The position numbers and the translations under genes are program-made. Below are positions 17,785-27,689 of a stretch of DNA of 64,000 nt, one piece after another (positions within the stretch are counted from its first letter, which is position 1; every line of letters starts with the position of its first letter). The notes under the pieces were generated by a model that saw only the letters and a list, made by a program, of their open reading frames with translations, was not told where the DNA came from and made no database searches. The stretch covers positions 15,755-79,754 of the IMG/VR virus record IMGVR_UViG_3300025704_000015; one strand, given 5' to 3'. The stretch is from a virus.

Positions 17785-18719
17785 AATATTCATTAACTAT
17801 ATTTAAATCAATCTTTGATAATTCGACTCATCGTAAGATGTCCTTTGACGGTTGGGATGAGTTTAAAGAACTTCTTTTAAACCTTAGTAAAGAAGATGGT
17901 TATAAACCAAAGAAAGACGAAAGAAAAGATGGTTCACCTCTTATCAGCCCAGCAGTATATGATAAAGATGAAAAGCGAAGAAATGTAAATGTTTTATGTT
18001 GGGGTGGTTGGGCTGCAATTGACGTTGACGATTATGAGTGTAATTTCGAACAAGCGTTGGTTGTTTTTAAAGATATCAAATGTGTTGTTTATAATAGCGC
18101 AAGCTCGACAAAAGAAAAGCCAAAGTTCAGAGTTATTATACCATTCACAAAGACTATAGAAAAGGATGATATAAAGCATTTATGGTTTGCTCTGAATAAA
18201 GAGTTTAATTCATTAGGCGATCCACAAACGAAGGATCTATCAAGGATGTATTACGTCCCAGCACAATATCCAGGTGCTTATTCATTCATTCATTGTAACG
18301 ATGACGCCGACTTTTTAGATGTTGATTTAATAATGAAAAAGCATCCGTTTATAGTACCTCAAGAAAATTCATTTAAAAGTAAACTAAGTGAAGAAATGAA
18401 AATTAAGCTGATGAAGTATAAATCTAATCAACTTAACAACACCTCTATTACTTGGTCTTCATATAGAGATTGCCCATTTGTAAATAAACAATTAGTAAAT
18501 GAATATCGTGTTATTTCAGAAACTGGTTGGTATTCTAAATTATATTCAATTATGGTTAGTATTGCCGGATCCGCAATACATAAAGGATACCCAATTACTG
18601 TTAATGAAATTGTAAAGCTTGCTAAAGATATTGATATGGATACTGGATGCTGGTATAAAAATAGGCCATTAGATATTGAAGCAGAACGCGCATTAACCTT
18701 TGCACTTCAAAATGCGTAA
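17781..18719 (+). CDS. AEP/prim-pol-like protein
   Basis: AIDVDD acidic motif, SST...PKFRVIIP, KDLSRMYYVP. Confidence 0.65.
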   Translation: MKYSLTIFKSIFDNSTHRKMSFDGWDEFKELLLNLSKEDGYKPKKDERKDGSPLISPAVYDKDEKRRNVNVLCWGGWAAIDVDDYECNFEQALVVFKDIKCVVYNSASSTKEKPKFRVIIPFTKTIEKDDIKHLWFALNKEFNSLGDPQTKDLSRMYYVPAQYPGAYSFIHCNDDADFLDVDLIMKKHPFIVPQENSFKSKLSEEMKIKLMKYKSNQLNNTSITWSSYRDCPFVNKQLVNEYRVISETGWYSKLYSIMVSIAGSAIHKGYPITVNEIVKLAKDIDMDTGCWYKNRPLDIEAERALTFALQNA

Positions 18720-18734
18720 TTAATAAATAATATT

Positions 18735-19067
18735 ATGAAGATTGAAACCAAACTGAAACGCCAGTTTAATAAAATACAAAAGGATACTGGTGTAAAACTT
18801 CCAGCTGACTATGAGTATTATTGTGGTTTATATAAATGGCCAAAAGGTTTGCGTAAGATTCTTAGTAAACGATTCAATAGCAGTTGTATGCTACATGATA
18901 TTCAACATGTTTCAGGTGTTATTGATTATAAAGAAGCCGATCGCATGTTCCTTAAAAACGCTAAAGAACAAGCGGGGCGCAACGATTTTTGGATATTAAT
19001 GGCATATGTATTTTACGGCGCCGTTCGTATATTAACAAAAACAAAAGCAATACGAAACAAGAAATAA
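18735..19067 (+). CDS. CxxHD-motif protein (PLA2/DUF1353-like)
   Basis: CG...SCMLHD...EADRMFL...FYGAVR. Confidence 0.55.
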   Translation: MKIETKLKRQFNKIQKDTGVKLPADYEYYCGLYKWPKGLRKILSKRFNSSCMLHDIQHVSGVIDYKEADRMFLKNAKEQAGRNDFWILMAYVFYGAVRILTKTKAIRNKK

Positions 19068-19094
19068 AACTCTAAACATTATAAATAAATTTAT

Positions 19095-19316
19095 ATGAAA
19101 AAGAAAAACAAAAGAGCTCGTGACGAAGAAGGCCAGTTTGTTGGAGATGATCCAAGCACTCCTGATATTAATGAAGCCTTTGCAGAAGATGCTCAACCAC
19201 CTAAAGAAGCACCAGCTAAAGCGTCAGGCCCTAAAAAACTAACTCCGGGCCAGATTAAGAAATTAAAAGGCGAATGGGGTAGCCAGTTTAAAAATAAATT
19301 TAAAGGACGTTATTAA
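19095..19316 (+). CDS. hypothetical late protein
   Basis: RARDEEGQFVGDDPSTPDINEAF motif; TATAAATA at 19080. Confidence 0.6.
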   Translation: MKKKNKRARDEEGQFVGDDPSTPDINEAFAEDAQPPKEAPAKASGPKKLTPGQIKKLKGEWGSQFKNKFKGRY

Positions 19317-19341
19317 TATTCACGTAAATAATTAAACCATG

Positions 19342-19378
19342 ATATGGCTTCTAGTATTTTTCTAGAAGCCATATTTGT
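19342..19378 (+). terminator. 13-bp perfect hairpin, probable terminator
   Basis: ATATGGCTTCTAG-N7-CTAGAAGCCATAT. Confidence 0.7.
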
Positions 19379-19441
19379 TATTTACAAACTTGGTAAAATA
19401 TGGTATAATATCTTTATACATAATTATACTAACATTACAAT

Positions 19442-20140
19442 ATGAACATTAAATCCGTAAGAGACACCTTAGCAAATCTCCATAAAAATAAAGAATATGT
19501 CATAGTTAATAAACAATTAACTGTTGAAATTATTGGAGCATCTTTCATAGCAAATACTGATTCTATATTTGGTTTGGCCAATGAAGATTATATTGATCGA
19601 GAATTAATGTGGTATAGAAGTATGTCTCGTAATGTAAATGATATTAAAGGTAAGGTTCCAAAGATCTGGGAAATTGTTTCATCGCCAAAAGGAGAGATAA
19701 ATTCAAATTATGGATATCTAATAAATCACAAAGATAACTATTACCAATACAAGAATGTATTAGAAACTCTTAAGAAGGATCCTAACTCGCGCAGAGCAAT
19801 AATGATTTATACAAATCCTAAAATGCATACTCAATTTAAAAGGAAAGGTATGACAGATTTTGTTTGTACAAATACTGTTCAATATGTTATTCGTAAAAAC
19901 AAATTGTCTGCAATTGTCCAAATGAGATCAAACGATGCTTGGGCCGGTTATAGAAACGATTACGCTTGGCAGAAATATGTTCTTAACAAGTTAGCAAAAG
20001 ACCTAAATTGCAAAGAAGGTAACATTCATTGGAATGCTGGTAGCTTACACGTATATGAAAATCAATTCTACCTACTAGACCATTATTTAAAAACAGGAGA
20101 ACACGAGATTACTAAAAAACAATATAATAACAACCTCTAA
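19442..20140 (+). CDS. 42: dCMP hydroxymethylase-type thymidylate-synthase homolog (gp42-like)
   Basis: NSNYG, SRRA, DFVCTNTVQ, MRSND...RNDYAWQ (Asp as in dCMP-specific T4 gp42), GSLHVYE. Confidence 0.8.
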   Translation: MNIKSVRDTLANLHKNKEYVIVNKQLTVEIIGASFIANTDSIFGLANEDYIDRELMWYRSMSRNVNDIKGKVPKIWEIVSSPKGEINSNYGYLINHKDNYYQYKNVLETLKKDPNSRRAIMIYTNPKMHTQFKRKGMTDFVCTNTVQYVIRKNKLSAIVQMRSNDAWAGYRNDYAWQKYVLNKLAKDLNCKEGNIHWNAGSLHVYENQFYLLDHYLKTGEHEITKKQYNNNL

Positions 20141-20156
20141 AAACCCACCACCCAAT

Positions 20157-20906
20157 ATGTACAGTATTAAAAAACTAGGATATGACGATTGGAATGACGC
20201 GCTTGATGCTTTCTTAGAATATAAAACCAGAGATGTGGAAAAAAACAATTTATCATTTGATGAATGGTATTCTTTTAAAACAAGAATCAAAAAAATTAAT
20301 GAAAAAATTAAAAATGGGGAAGCATCTTCTAATGTTAATAAACATATAAAAAAAGATATCAAAAAACATAGCGATGACTCTGAAAATTTAACATTAGCAG
20401 AAAATGAAATTTTGGAAATGCTGAATAACTTAAATTTAGATGTAAGCATTTCGCCTAGATATAAAGAAGAATCATACTCTGAAAGAATATGCAGAGAAGC
20501 GGAAGAGCTAGCTCGCCGCGCCCATATTGGTCAAACTCGCCATAATGGAAACCCTTACATTCATCATATTGAAGATGTTGTTAACATAATTAAATCTAAT
20601 AGTAATAGCAACACCGCTGAAGCAATTATTGTTGCATGGTTACACGACGTTATTTCAACCACTTCTTACACAAGTGAATTTTTATTAGAGCAATCTTGGG
20701 TAACTAAAAGAATGCTTAATGCTATTGAAGAAATTGAAATTGGTTATTTTGAAACATATCAACAGTATGTTAACAGATTAAAAGAAAATAATTTAGCTTG
20801 GGTCGTTAAGTTAGCAAAGCTTATGTCTCTTATGGATAATAATCCGACACAAGATGAGCAATTTGAGATTGAAACATTTTGCGATTATCTTGAAGATGAG
20901 CCGTAA
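20157..20906 (+). CDS. RelA/SpoT-type HD hydrolase-like protein (degenerate)
   Basis: AHIGQTRHNGNPYIHH...AWLHDV; the ED and KLAD residues are replaced. Confidence 0.65.
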   Translation: MYSIKKLGYDDWNDALDAFLEYKTRDVEKNNLSFDEWYSFKTRIKKINEKIKNGEASSNVNKHIKKDIKKHSDDSENLTLAENEILEMLNNLNLDVSISPRYKEESYSERICREAEELARRAHIGQTRHNGNPYIHHIEDVVNIIKSNSNSNTAEAIIVAWLHDVISTTSYTSEFLLEQSWVTKRMLNAIEEIEIGYFETYQQYVNRLKENNLAWVVKLAKLMSLMDNNPTQDEQFEIETFCDYLEDEP

Positions 20907-20960
20907 AATAACTAAATAAAAAGATTTACATTCTTATTAATATGTGGTATAATTAATCAT

Positions 20961-21308
20961 ATGAATAAGGAAGCTAAAGAAAGTATTAAGGTATTACGAG
21001 AGTGTGCCGAATTACAAACTGCTAAATCAAGAGATTATCAAAATCCTAACAGCCGAATTAAACAAGCTGATTATTATCCACGAGGCATCGCATCTATCTT
21101 AGATATTATTTACGCCAAAACTCTTAGAATGTATTCGGTTCTAGAAGCTATGGAATCTGATACTGGATATGAGCCAAACTTTGAATCTCTTGAAGATTCT
21201 GGTAAAGATCTTATTAACTATGCGTCGTTCTTAGTAGCTTATATGAGACATGGCGTAGATGGCCAAGATGTTAATAAAGATTTTTTAAATCGAAACGGAA
21301 ACAAATAG
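20961..21308 (+). CDS. nucleotide-modification-associated domain protein (DUF1599-like)
   Basis: KSRDY...K.LR...ESLEDSGKDLINYASF. Confidence 0.7.
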   Translation: MNKEAKESIKVLRECAELQTAKSRDYQNPNSRIKQADYYPRGIASILDIIYAKTLRMYSVLEAMESDTGYEPNFESLEDSGKDLINYASFLVAYMRHGVDGQDVNKDFLNRNGNK

Positions 21309-21315
21309 ATATATT

Positions 21316-22593
21316 ATGAGAATCGGCATCGGCAAGATTGGTAAGTCTGTATTATTCAATAGTAAAAATTGGGGCGCTGTTGGCGGTGACAATGAAGCTC
21401 CTATTTTATATGAACACCTAATAACACAAAACCCTGAGCATACTTTTGTTATGCTTGGCGCTAGTGACTTTGATAGATTATCTATTGCCGAGCAAGAACG
21501 GATTAACGTTCATGGTAATTTCATATATGCTTTCTCTGGGTTTTCCGAATGGCGAAAAAATCAATGGGATAAATCTAAAGCTCAACACCCTTCAAATGAT
21601 AGGCAAGAGTTTATGGAAAACATTATTATTCCAAATCCAAAATTTGAAATTGATGCTGGTGTTTTTATGTGCGGTCAAGTTGCAACTTCTAATGTTGGGG
21701 GTTGGGCTCGTAAACAAACAGATCATACTCAATTAGCAAAGCCACTTGATGTTCAACGAAAGTACGCAGGACCAACAATTCATTATCTTAATAAGTATAA
21801 AGAAGTACCTTGGTTAATGTTATTAAACGATCCTCGCCTTTATCCTGGGAAGATGAGAGACCTAATGAATCCTCCTAGGAAGATCTTTTCACAATATAAT
21901 CAAAAGTGTTTACACCGTAATAGTATTGAATATGATAGCCCTGTTAGGGAAATAACAGAAATAGAACAATTATATAAAGGTATTGAAACTACATTTTTAA
22001 TTGGAAAAGAAAAGGGTAAATCTATTCAAGAAGCACCAAACACATTAGATAGTTTCTTTGGTGAGCCTGAAGAAAAGACAACTGAAAAAGATATTAACTT
22101 TATGATTGTTTGTAATGAGGGCAAACCATCGCGTTATCCTGATTTGAAAAAATATATTTTAGAACATGTCGATGATGTTGATATTTACGGACAATGGAAC
22201 TCCGATACAATTGGAGATGACTCTCGATTCAAAGGACCTAAGAAGTTTAACGATTTAATGAGAATGTTGCCACGAGTTAAATATACTTTTTGTATTCCAA
22301 TTAAAAAGGGTTGGGTTACCGCAAAGTTTTGGGAAATGGCTCATTATGGAATTATACCATTCCTGCATCCAACCTATGATCAACAAAAACATTTGGATGT
22401 ACCTGATTTTATTAGAGTAAAAGATTCTAAAGATCTTTTTAATAAAATTAAATTCCTTGAAGAAAACCCTAAAGCTTATCAGCAACTTCGCGATCAGTTA
22501 GATGATATTCTTAAAGAAGAGTATTATGATGGGAGTTATCTCAATGATTTGATCCTAGGTAAATTAACTGAACTAAATAAAAGTAATGCATAA
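21316..22593 (+). CDS. GT-B glycosyltransferase, putative DNA base glycosyltransferase
   Basis: GGDNEA, NDPR, DIYGQW, WVTAKFWE...GIIPF; beta-glucosyltransferase-like layout in the gp42 cluster. Confidence 0.65.
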   Translation: MRIGIGKIGKSVLFNSKNWGAVGGDNEAPILYEHLITQNPEHTFVMLGASDFDRLSIAEQERINVHGNFIYAFSGFSEWRKNQWDKSKAQHPSNDRQEFMENIIIPNPKFEIDAGVFMCGQVATSNVGGWARKQTDHTQLAKPLDVQRKYAGPTIHYLNKYKEVPWLMLLNDPRLYPGKMRDLMNPPRKIFSQYNQKCLHRNSIEYDSPVREITEIEQLYKGIETTFLIGKEKGKSIQEAPNTLDSFFGEPEEKTTEKDINFMIVCNEGKPSRYPDLKKYILEHVDDVDIYGQWNSDTIGDDSRFKGPKKFNDLMRMLPRVKYTFCIPIKKGWVTAKFWEMAHYGIIPFLHPTYDQQKHLDVPDFIRVKDSKDLFNKIKFLEENPKAYQQLRDQLDDILKEEYYDGSYLNDLILGKLTELNKSNA

Positions 22594-23608
22594 CAAAAGA
22601 ATAGTTTTAGACTTTGATGATACACTCGCTTTAACAACAAATCGCGATTGGGAACATGCTGAACCAAACATAGAGTTAATTCAAAAGGTTAATTCTTTAT
22701 ATGACGATGGGTGGGAGGTTGATATTTTTACGGCACGAGGATCTATCTCTTGTAAAACTCGAGAAGAAGCTAAAGAAAAGTATGCCGGCCAAATCAAAAA
22801 GTGGCTAAAGAAAAACGGAGTCAAGTATAGGTCTCTAAGTTTTGACAAACCACTCGCTGCATACTATATTGACGATAAAGGTATCTCTCCTGAACTTTTC
22901 CTTAAGACTGATATTAGACAACTCGATGGAGGTTTGTCTGGTGCTGATATTTTTACTGATGGAACATATGTTCATAAAACAGATAAGAATGCTCACAAAG
23001 TTAATGAATGGTATTCACAAGTAAAGAACTATATTAATACACCTGAAGTTCTAAGACTTGTTGGTGAAACTTTAACAATTGAGTATATACAACATGACAA
23101 AAGTTTCTTCAAGAATAATTTCCACCGTGCAATCGGAATTATTCAAGAAAGTCTTGAAGATTTAAAGGAGATTGATTCGCCTGAAGATTCTCTTGAATTT
23201 TCTGATTATGTTGCGCGGATTTATTCGCACTCTGATATTTCTGGTGAGTCATATTTTAATACCATATGTGATTCTCTTAAGTATTTAAATCTTAAACGTT
23301 CATTTTCTCATGGCGACTTTGGAGTTACAAATATGTTATTTAAGAGTGAGACTCTTTACTTAATTGACCCTATTCCCGATGTGTTTGGCTGTACCGAAAT
23401 TGATGCAGCTAAATTCTGTGCGAGCCTTATCGTGAATCAATATGATAACGACATAGTCAATAACTCGATCTCAACATTATCTATGTTTAATTCTATTAAT
23501 CAGACCGACTTTAAAATTCTTATTGCGGCTGAACTCATTCGAGTTTTTAAATATCATCCTAATAACCAAATCATTTCTAAAGCAGTTAAAAACATATGTG
23601 TATTATGA
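22586..23608 (+). CDS. HAD phosphatase fused to APH/choline-kinase-like domain
   Basis: N-terminal DFDDTL, FTARG, KP..YYIDDK; C-terminal GGLSGA, HGDF, LIDP. Confidence 0.75.
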   Translation: MHNKRIVLDFDDTLALTTNRDWEHAEPNIELIQKVNSLYDDGWEVDIFTARGSISCKTREEAKEKYAGQIKKWLKKNGVKYRSLSFDKPLAAYYIDDKGISPELFLKTDIRQLDGGLSGADIFTDGTYVHKTDKNAHKVNEWYSQVKNYINTPEVLRLVGETLTIEYIQHDKSFFKNNFHRAIGIIQESLEDLKEIDSPEDSLEFSDYVARIYSHSDISGESYFNTICDSLKYLNLKRSFSHGDFGVTNMLFKSETLYLIDPIPDVFGCTEIDAAKFCASLIVNQYDNDIVNNSISTLSMFNSINQTDFKILIAAELIRVFKYHPNNQIISKAVKNICVL

Positions 23609-24513
23609 ACAACATTTTAATAATAAGTAACAAACCTGAACGGCTCGAATCGTTCATTAAATATTACAACATTTTCAATGAACCGACTGATATAGTTCTA
23701 AATGTAATACTCGATGATCGTTATCAAACATATGATCTTAGTGATACTATTAAGGATAATTATAACATCTATTATGCGTCTGATGCGGTTAAGCAATTGG
23801 TTCCAAGATTATCTGATCCTGAGACCGCGGAGATTATCCTTGACAAATTCCGTTTGTCAATTAAGCTTCTTGTTATTTTATATGCTCATGAAGTACTAGG
23901 TATGGAAAAGGTTTGTATGATGGACGATGACACGTTCCTTATTCAACCTATTGATAGTTACTTCGAAAATGATTATGTTTTCTATAATGAAAGAGTACTT
24001 GGTCGCATGTCTGTTGCTGTCGAGAATCTTATGACAGGAATCTACAGTGATCTTGTGGATGTTCATAAAATGAATACTAAGCCCCACTTTACTTTAAACT
24101 CAGGTCAGGTAATACATACAAAAAATCCAAATCTATTCAAGTTTATTGATAGAGCGTTCTGTTCAGACTTACTTAATGTCGTATGTGGAGCTATCGAGAA
24201 GTATAAATCAAAGAAGAACTACCTGGGTAATATTCATCATCGACCAATTGGTGGAAAGTATTGGATCATGGAACAAAACGTCTATGCTGTTTACTTCAGG
24301 TGGTTAACCGAGAATGGTTATGCTGTAAAAGAGTTTCCAAGAAATGAGTTTAAGCTATACGAAGGCCTTCTTAAACCAAATTATACAATGGACAGAATTA
24401 GAAAACTTCCAAAATTTTTACATTACCTTCCTACAGATAAGTCACCGTTATATGATACGGTCGCAAAGCAGCTTGACAGAATCATAAATAAAGAAATACA
24501 TGTTCCTAGATAA
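23605..24513 (+). CDS. GT-A-fold nucleotide-sugar transferase-like protein
   Basis: MMDDDTF (DxD), LNSGQV, MEQ motifs. Confidence 0.55.
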   Translation: MNNILIISNKPERLESFIKYYNIFNEPTDIVLNVILDDRYQTYDLSDTIKDNYNIYYASDAVKQLVPRLSDPETAEIILDKFRLSIKLLVILYAHEVLGMEKVCMMDDDTFLIQPIDSYFENDYVFYNERVLGRMSVAVENLMTGIYSDLVDVHKMNTKPHFTLNSGQVIHTKNPNLFKFIDRAFCSDLLNVVCGAIEKYKSKKNYLGNIHHRPIGGKYWIMEQNVYAVYFRWLTENGYAVKEFPRNEFKLYEGLLKPNYTMDRIRKLPKFLHYLPTDKSPLYDTVAKQLDRIINKEIHVPR

Positions 24514-24934
24514 AAATAAACTACCAAATGATGCTAAGATTGGCTTCACCTGTTCAACCTTCGATTTATTACACGCCGGTCATATTGTGATGTTGCAAGA
24601 AGCAAAATCATTATGCGACTATCTTGTATGTGGTCTATTAATTGATCCAACTGTTGACCGCCCTGATTCTAAAAACAAACCGATCCAATCTCCATTTGAA
24701 AGGTACGTACAATTATCGTCATGCCGATATGTCGATGAAGTTATACCTTTCACGACTGAGCAAGAAATAGTTGACATCATATTAACTATAAATCCTGACA
24801 TCAGAATTGTTGGCGAAGAATATCGAGACACGGATCACACAGGAAAGGGCTTATGCCCTGTACATTATAATAAAAGAAAACATTCATTCTCTTCGTCAGA
24901 TCTTAGAGACCGAGTAATAAAATCAAATATATAA
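24500..24934 (+). CDS. glycerol-3-phosphate cytidylyltransferase-like (TagD family)
   Basis: STFDLLHAGH (HIGH), YVDEV, FSSSDLR. Confidence 0.85.
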   Translation: MFLDKNKLPNDAKIGFTCSTFDLLHAGHIVMLQEAKSLCDYLVCGLLIDPTVDRPDSKNKPIQSPFERYVQLSSCRYVDEVIPFTTEQEIVDIILTINPDIRIVGEEYRDTDHTGKGLCPVHYNKRKHSFSSSDLRDRVIKSNI

Positions 24935-25020
24935 TTATATAAAACACACGCCTATTACATCATGATGATCATGATAGGCAAAGCATAATAAAAATTTAAG
25001 TAAAAAAATATTAAAATAAA

Positions 25021-26235
25021 ATGAAAAGTGAAATAACATATGGCAGTATCGTGCCTTTAATCGGAGGAGAAAGTTTAGGAATTCAAAATGTTCTTGATGG
25101 TAAACATCCTGAATGGGTAATGTCATATCGAGCTTTTGAAGCTAATGATGCCCATTATATGAATCATATTAGAAACCAAGGGTATGAAGGAGATTATGTA
25201 TTTCTTGATGAAACTCATGGTTATAAAGCAAAACAAGTAGATGTAGTAAATACGGTTTGCCCTTGCGCAGGTTTATCATCCTTATCACCAACATCAAATG
25301 CTAAGAGTGCTACAAACGATTGGATGTATCATACGGCCGAGCATGTTCTTGAAAATATTAAACCAAAAGTATTTTGGGGAGAGAACGCGCCAAGACTAGC
25401 GATGTCAACAGGAGCTCCGGTTGTCGATAAATTAAAAGAAATTGCTAAGAAATTTAATTATACATTTAGCATTTACAAAACAAAAAGTCTGGTGCAAGGT
25501 TTTTCTCAAGTTCGTGATAGGACGTTCTATTTCTTTTGGAAAGACGATTCTGTTCCACTCTTTGATTATATCCATCGACCAAATCAAAAAATTGAAGATT
25601 TATTAAACGCCGTTGTAAATGATCCGGAAGATCCTATGAGCGAAGTTCTTAATAAAGATATTCCTTCAGAGTTTTGTTTATATAATTATATTCTCAATGA
25701 AATTCATGGCGGTATTTCTCATGCTGAGTTTGTAGATAAGCATTTAGAAAAATCATCAAATGCGTTTCATTATATTGAAAATAACGATTCATATGATAAA
25801 CTAATCCCATGGCTACAAGAAAAGGGAGAAGATCGTTGGGCTGCTACAATTGGTCGAATGAATGAAAAAATTAAAAATGGCAAAGGAGTAATGAGAAGAA
25901 CTGTTACATGGCCCAAGGATTATATTGGTGCTTTTGTTGGCCACCTCCCACAATGGCTTACTCATCCAACTGAAGATCGTTATTTAACGGTTCGCGAGTG
26001 TATGGAAATTATGTATTTGCCTAAAGACTTTCAATTACTTAATACTAAACAATGGAATCATATTTGTCAAAATGTTCCTGTTAAGACAGCCGAAGATATG
26101 ATGGGCCAAATTGTAAAATATTTACAAGGTGATCTTGATAAAGTAAATACCACATATATCTTACAAGATAATAAAAGGCAGAGGTGGGAAGCTGAACAAG
26201 AATGTGAAACCGCTTCATTAGAAGACTTCACATAA
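25021..26235 (+). CDS. C5 cytosine DNA methyltransferase-like protein
   Basis: Catalytic PC (CPCAGLS), GENAP, QVRDR, RYLTVRE; motif I is atypical (SIVPLIGG). Confidence 0.75.
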   Translation: MKSEITYGSIVPLIGGESLGIQNVLDGKHPEWVMSYRAFEANDAHYMNHIRNQGYEGDYVFLDETHGYKAKQVDVVNTVCPCAGLSSLSPTSNAKSATNDWMYHTAEHVLENIKPKVFWGENAPRLAMSTGAPVVDKLKEIAKKFNYTFSIYKTKSLVQGFSQVRDRTFYFFWKDDSVPLFDYIHRPNQKIEDLLNAVVNDPEDPMSEVLNKDIPSEFCLYNYILNEIHGGISHAEFVDKHLEKSSNAFHYIENNDSYDKLIPWLQEKGEDRWAATIGRMNEKIKNGKGVMRRTVTWPKDYIGAFVGHLPQWLTHPTEDRYLTVRECMEIMYLPKDFQLLNTKQWNHICQNVPVKTAEDMMGQIVKYLQGDLDKVNTTYILQDNKRQRWEAEQECETASLEDFT

Positions 26236-26305
26236 TAATAATATTTAATGATTTACATTCATTAAAAAATAGATTATAATATTAACAGCAACAAAATAAA
26301 ACTAT

Positions 26306-27394
26306 ATGTCATTACTAGATAAACTAAAAAAGAACTGCCGAGTAAAAGAAGCCGACGTCCTAGCCGATAGCCAATTTTACGCGGAGAAGGATATGATTCC
26401 AACACCAGTGCCGATGATTAACGTCGCGCTTAGTGGAAAAATGGATGGGGGTTTAACAAGCGGGTTAACCGTATTGGCTGGGCCTTCTAAACACTTTAAA
26501 ACTTCATTTGCTCTACTAATGGCAAGTGCTTATTTAAAACAACATAAGGACGCGGTTCTAATGTTTTATGATTCAGAGTTTGGTTCTCCGCAAGCATACT
26601 TTGAAAGCTTTGGTATTGATATTAACCGAGTACTTCATATTCCTATTAAGAATGTCGAAGAACTGAAGTTCGATATGATTAACCAATTTGAAGATCTAGA
26701 TCGCAAAGATAAAGTTATTGTTATTATTGATTCGATTGGTAACCTTGCATCTAAGAAGGAGATGGACGACGCTATTAACGAAAAGAGTGTCGCTGATATG
26801 AGCCGAGCAAAATCCATTAAGGGTTTATTCCGAATGGCTACTCCTTACTTAACAATGAAAGACATTCCTCTGATTGCAGTTAACCATACATATCAAGAGA
26901 TGGGGCTGTTTCCAAGAGCGGTTGTATCAGGAGGAACTGGAATTTATTATTCAGCAGATACCATTTGGATTATTGGTCGTTCACAAGATAAAAAAGGAAC
27001 AGAGATTCAAGGTTATCACTTTAACGTTGTAGTTGAGAAAAGCAGATTTGTTAAAGAGAAAAGCCGTATTCCAATTACAGTGAGTTGGGAAGGTGGAATT
27101 CAAAAATGGAGTGGCCTGCTTGATGTTGCGATTGACGGAGGTTATGCTACAAAACCAAAGAACGGATGGTACATGGCAAATAACCCAGAGACGGGTGAAG
27201 AACTGCATCCTGTTAACCGTCGTGCCGCCGACACTCTTAATAAAGAGTTTTGGGAACCTATCTTTGAGAAAACTGACTTTGCCGATTTTATTAAAAACAA
27301 ATTTACGATTGGTTTACATGATATGTCAGGTGATGAAGCTGAAGTGGTTGTAGATGCCGCTCTTGAAACTGAAACTATTGAAGAAGATGCTTGA
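26306..27394 (+). CDS. uvsX: RecA-like recombinase UvsX
   Basis: AGPSKHFKT, YDSEFG, DSIGNLAS, VSGGTG. Confidence 0.95.
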   Translation: MSLLDKLKKNCRVKEADVLADSQFYAEKDMIPTPVPMINVALSGKMDGGLTSGLTVLAGPSKHFKTSFALLMASAYLKQHKDAVLMFYDSEFGSPQAYFESFGIDINRVLHIPIKNVEELKFDMINQFEDLDRKDKVIVIIDSIGNLASKKEMDDAINEKSVADMSRAKSIKGLFRMATPYLTMKDIPLIAVNHTYQEMGLFPRAVVSGGTGIYYSADTIWIIGRSQDKKGTEIQGYHFNVVVEKSRFVKEKSRIPITVSWEGGIQKWSGLLDVAIDGGYATKPKNGWYMANNPETGEELHPVNRRAADTLNKEFWEPIFEKTDFADFIKNKFTIGLHDMSGDEAEVVVDAALETETIEEDA

Positions 27395-27689
27395 AGAAGG
27401 ATCAGACTATGAAATTGTTTCCCATGGTAAAATTAAAGACCATGCTTCAATTAAAATTCTTAAAGGAGAATATGAAGGCGTCCAATATAGTTATGGGAAA
27501 ATCTCATTTGAATTAAAGGACGTTGATGGTATGGAACTGCCAGTATTAAAGTTCATTTATGAAATTGATAAACATCCTGAAACAATAGAAAAAGAAACCT
27601 TAGAAAAAGACCAATATTTTACATCTTATATTGGAACTATATTAGATAAAATATTAATAGAACAAGGTCAAACAGATAAGCATGAATAA
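27387..27689 (+). CDS. gp40-like protein
   Basis: Lies between uvsX and gp41; IKILKGEYEGVQYSYGKI. Confidence 0.55.
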   Translation: MLEEGSDYEIVSHGKIKDHASIKILKGEYEGVQYSYGKISFELKDVDGMELPVLKFIYEIDKHPETIEKETLEKDQYFTSYIGTILDKILIEQGQTDKHE

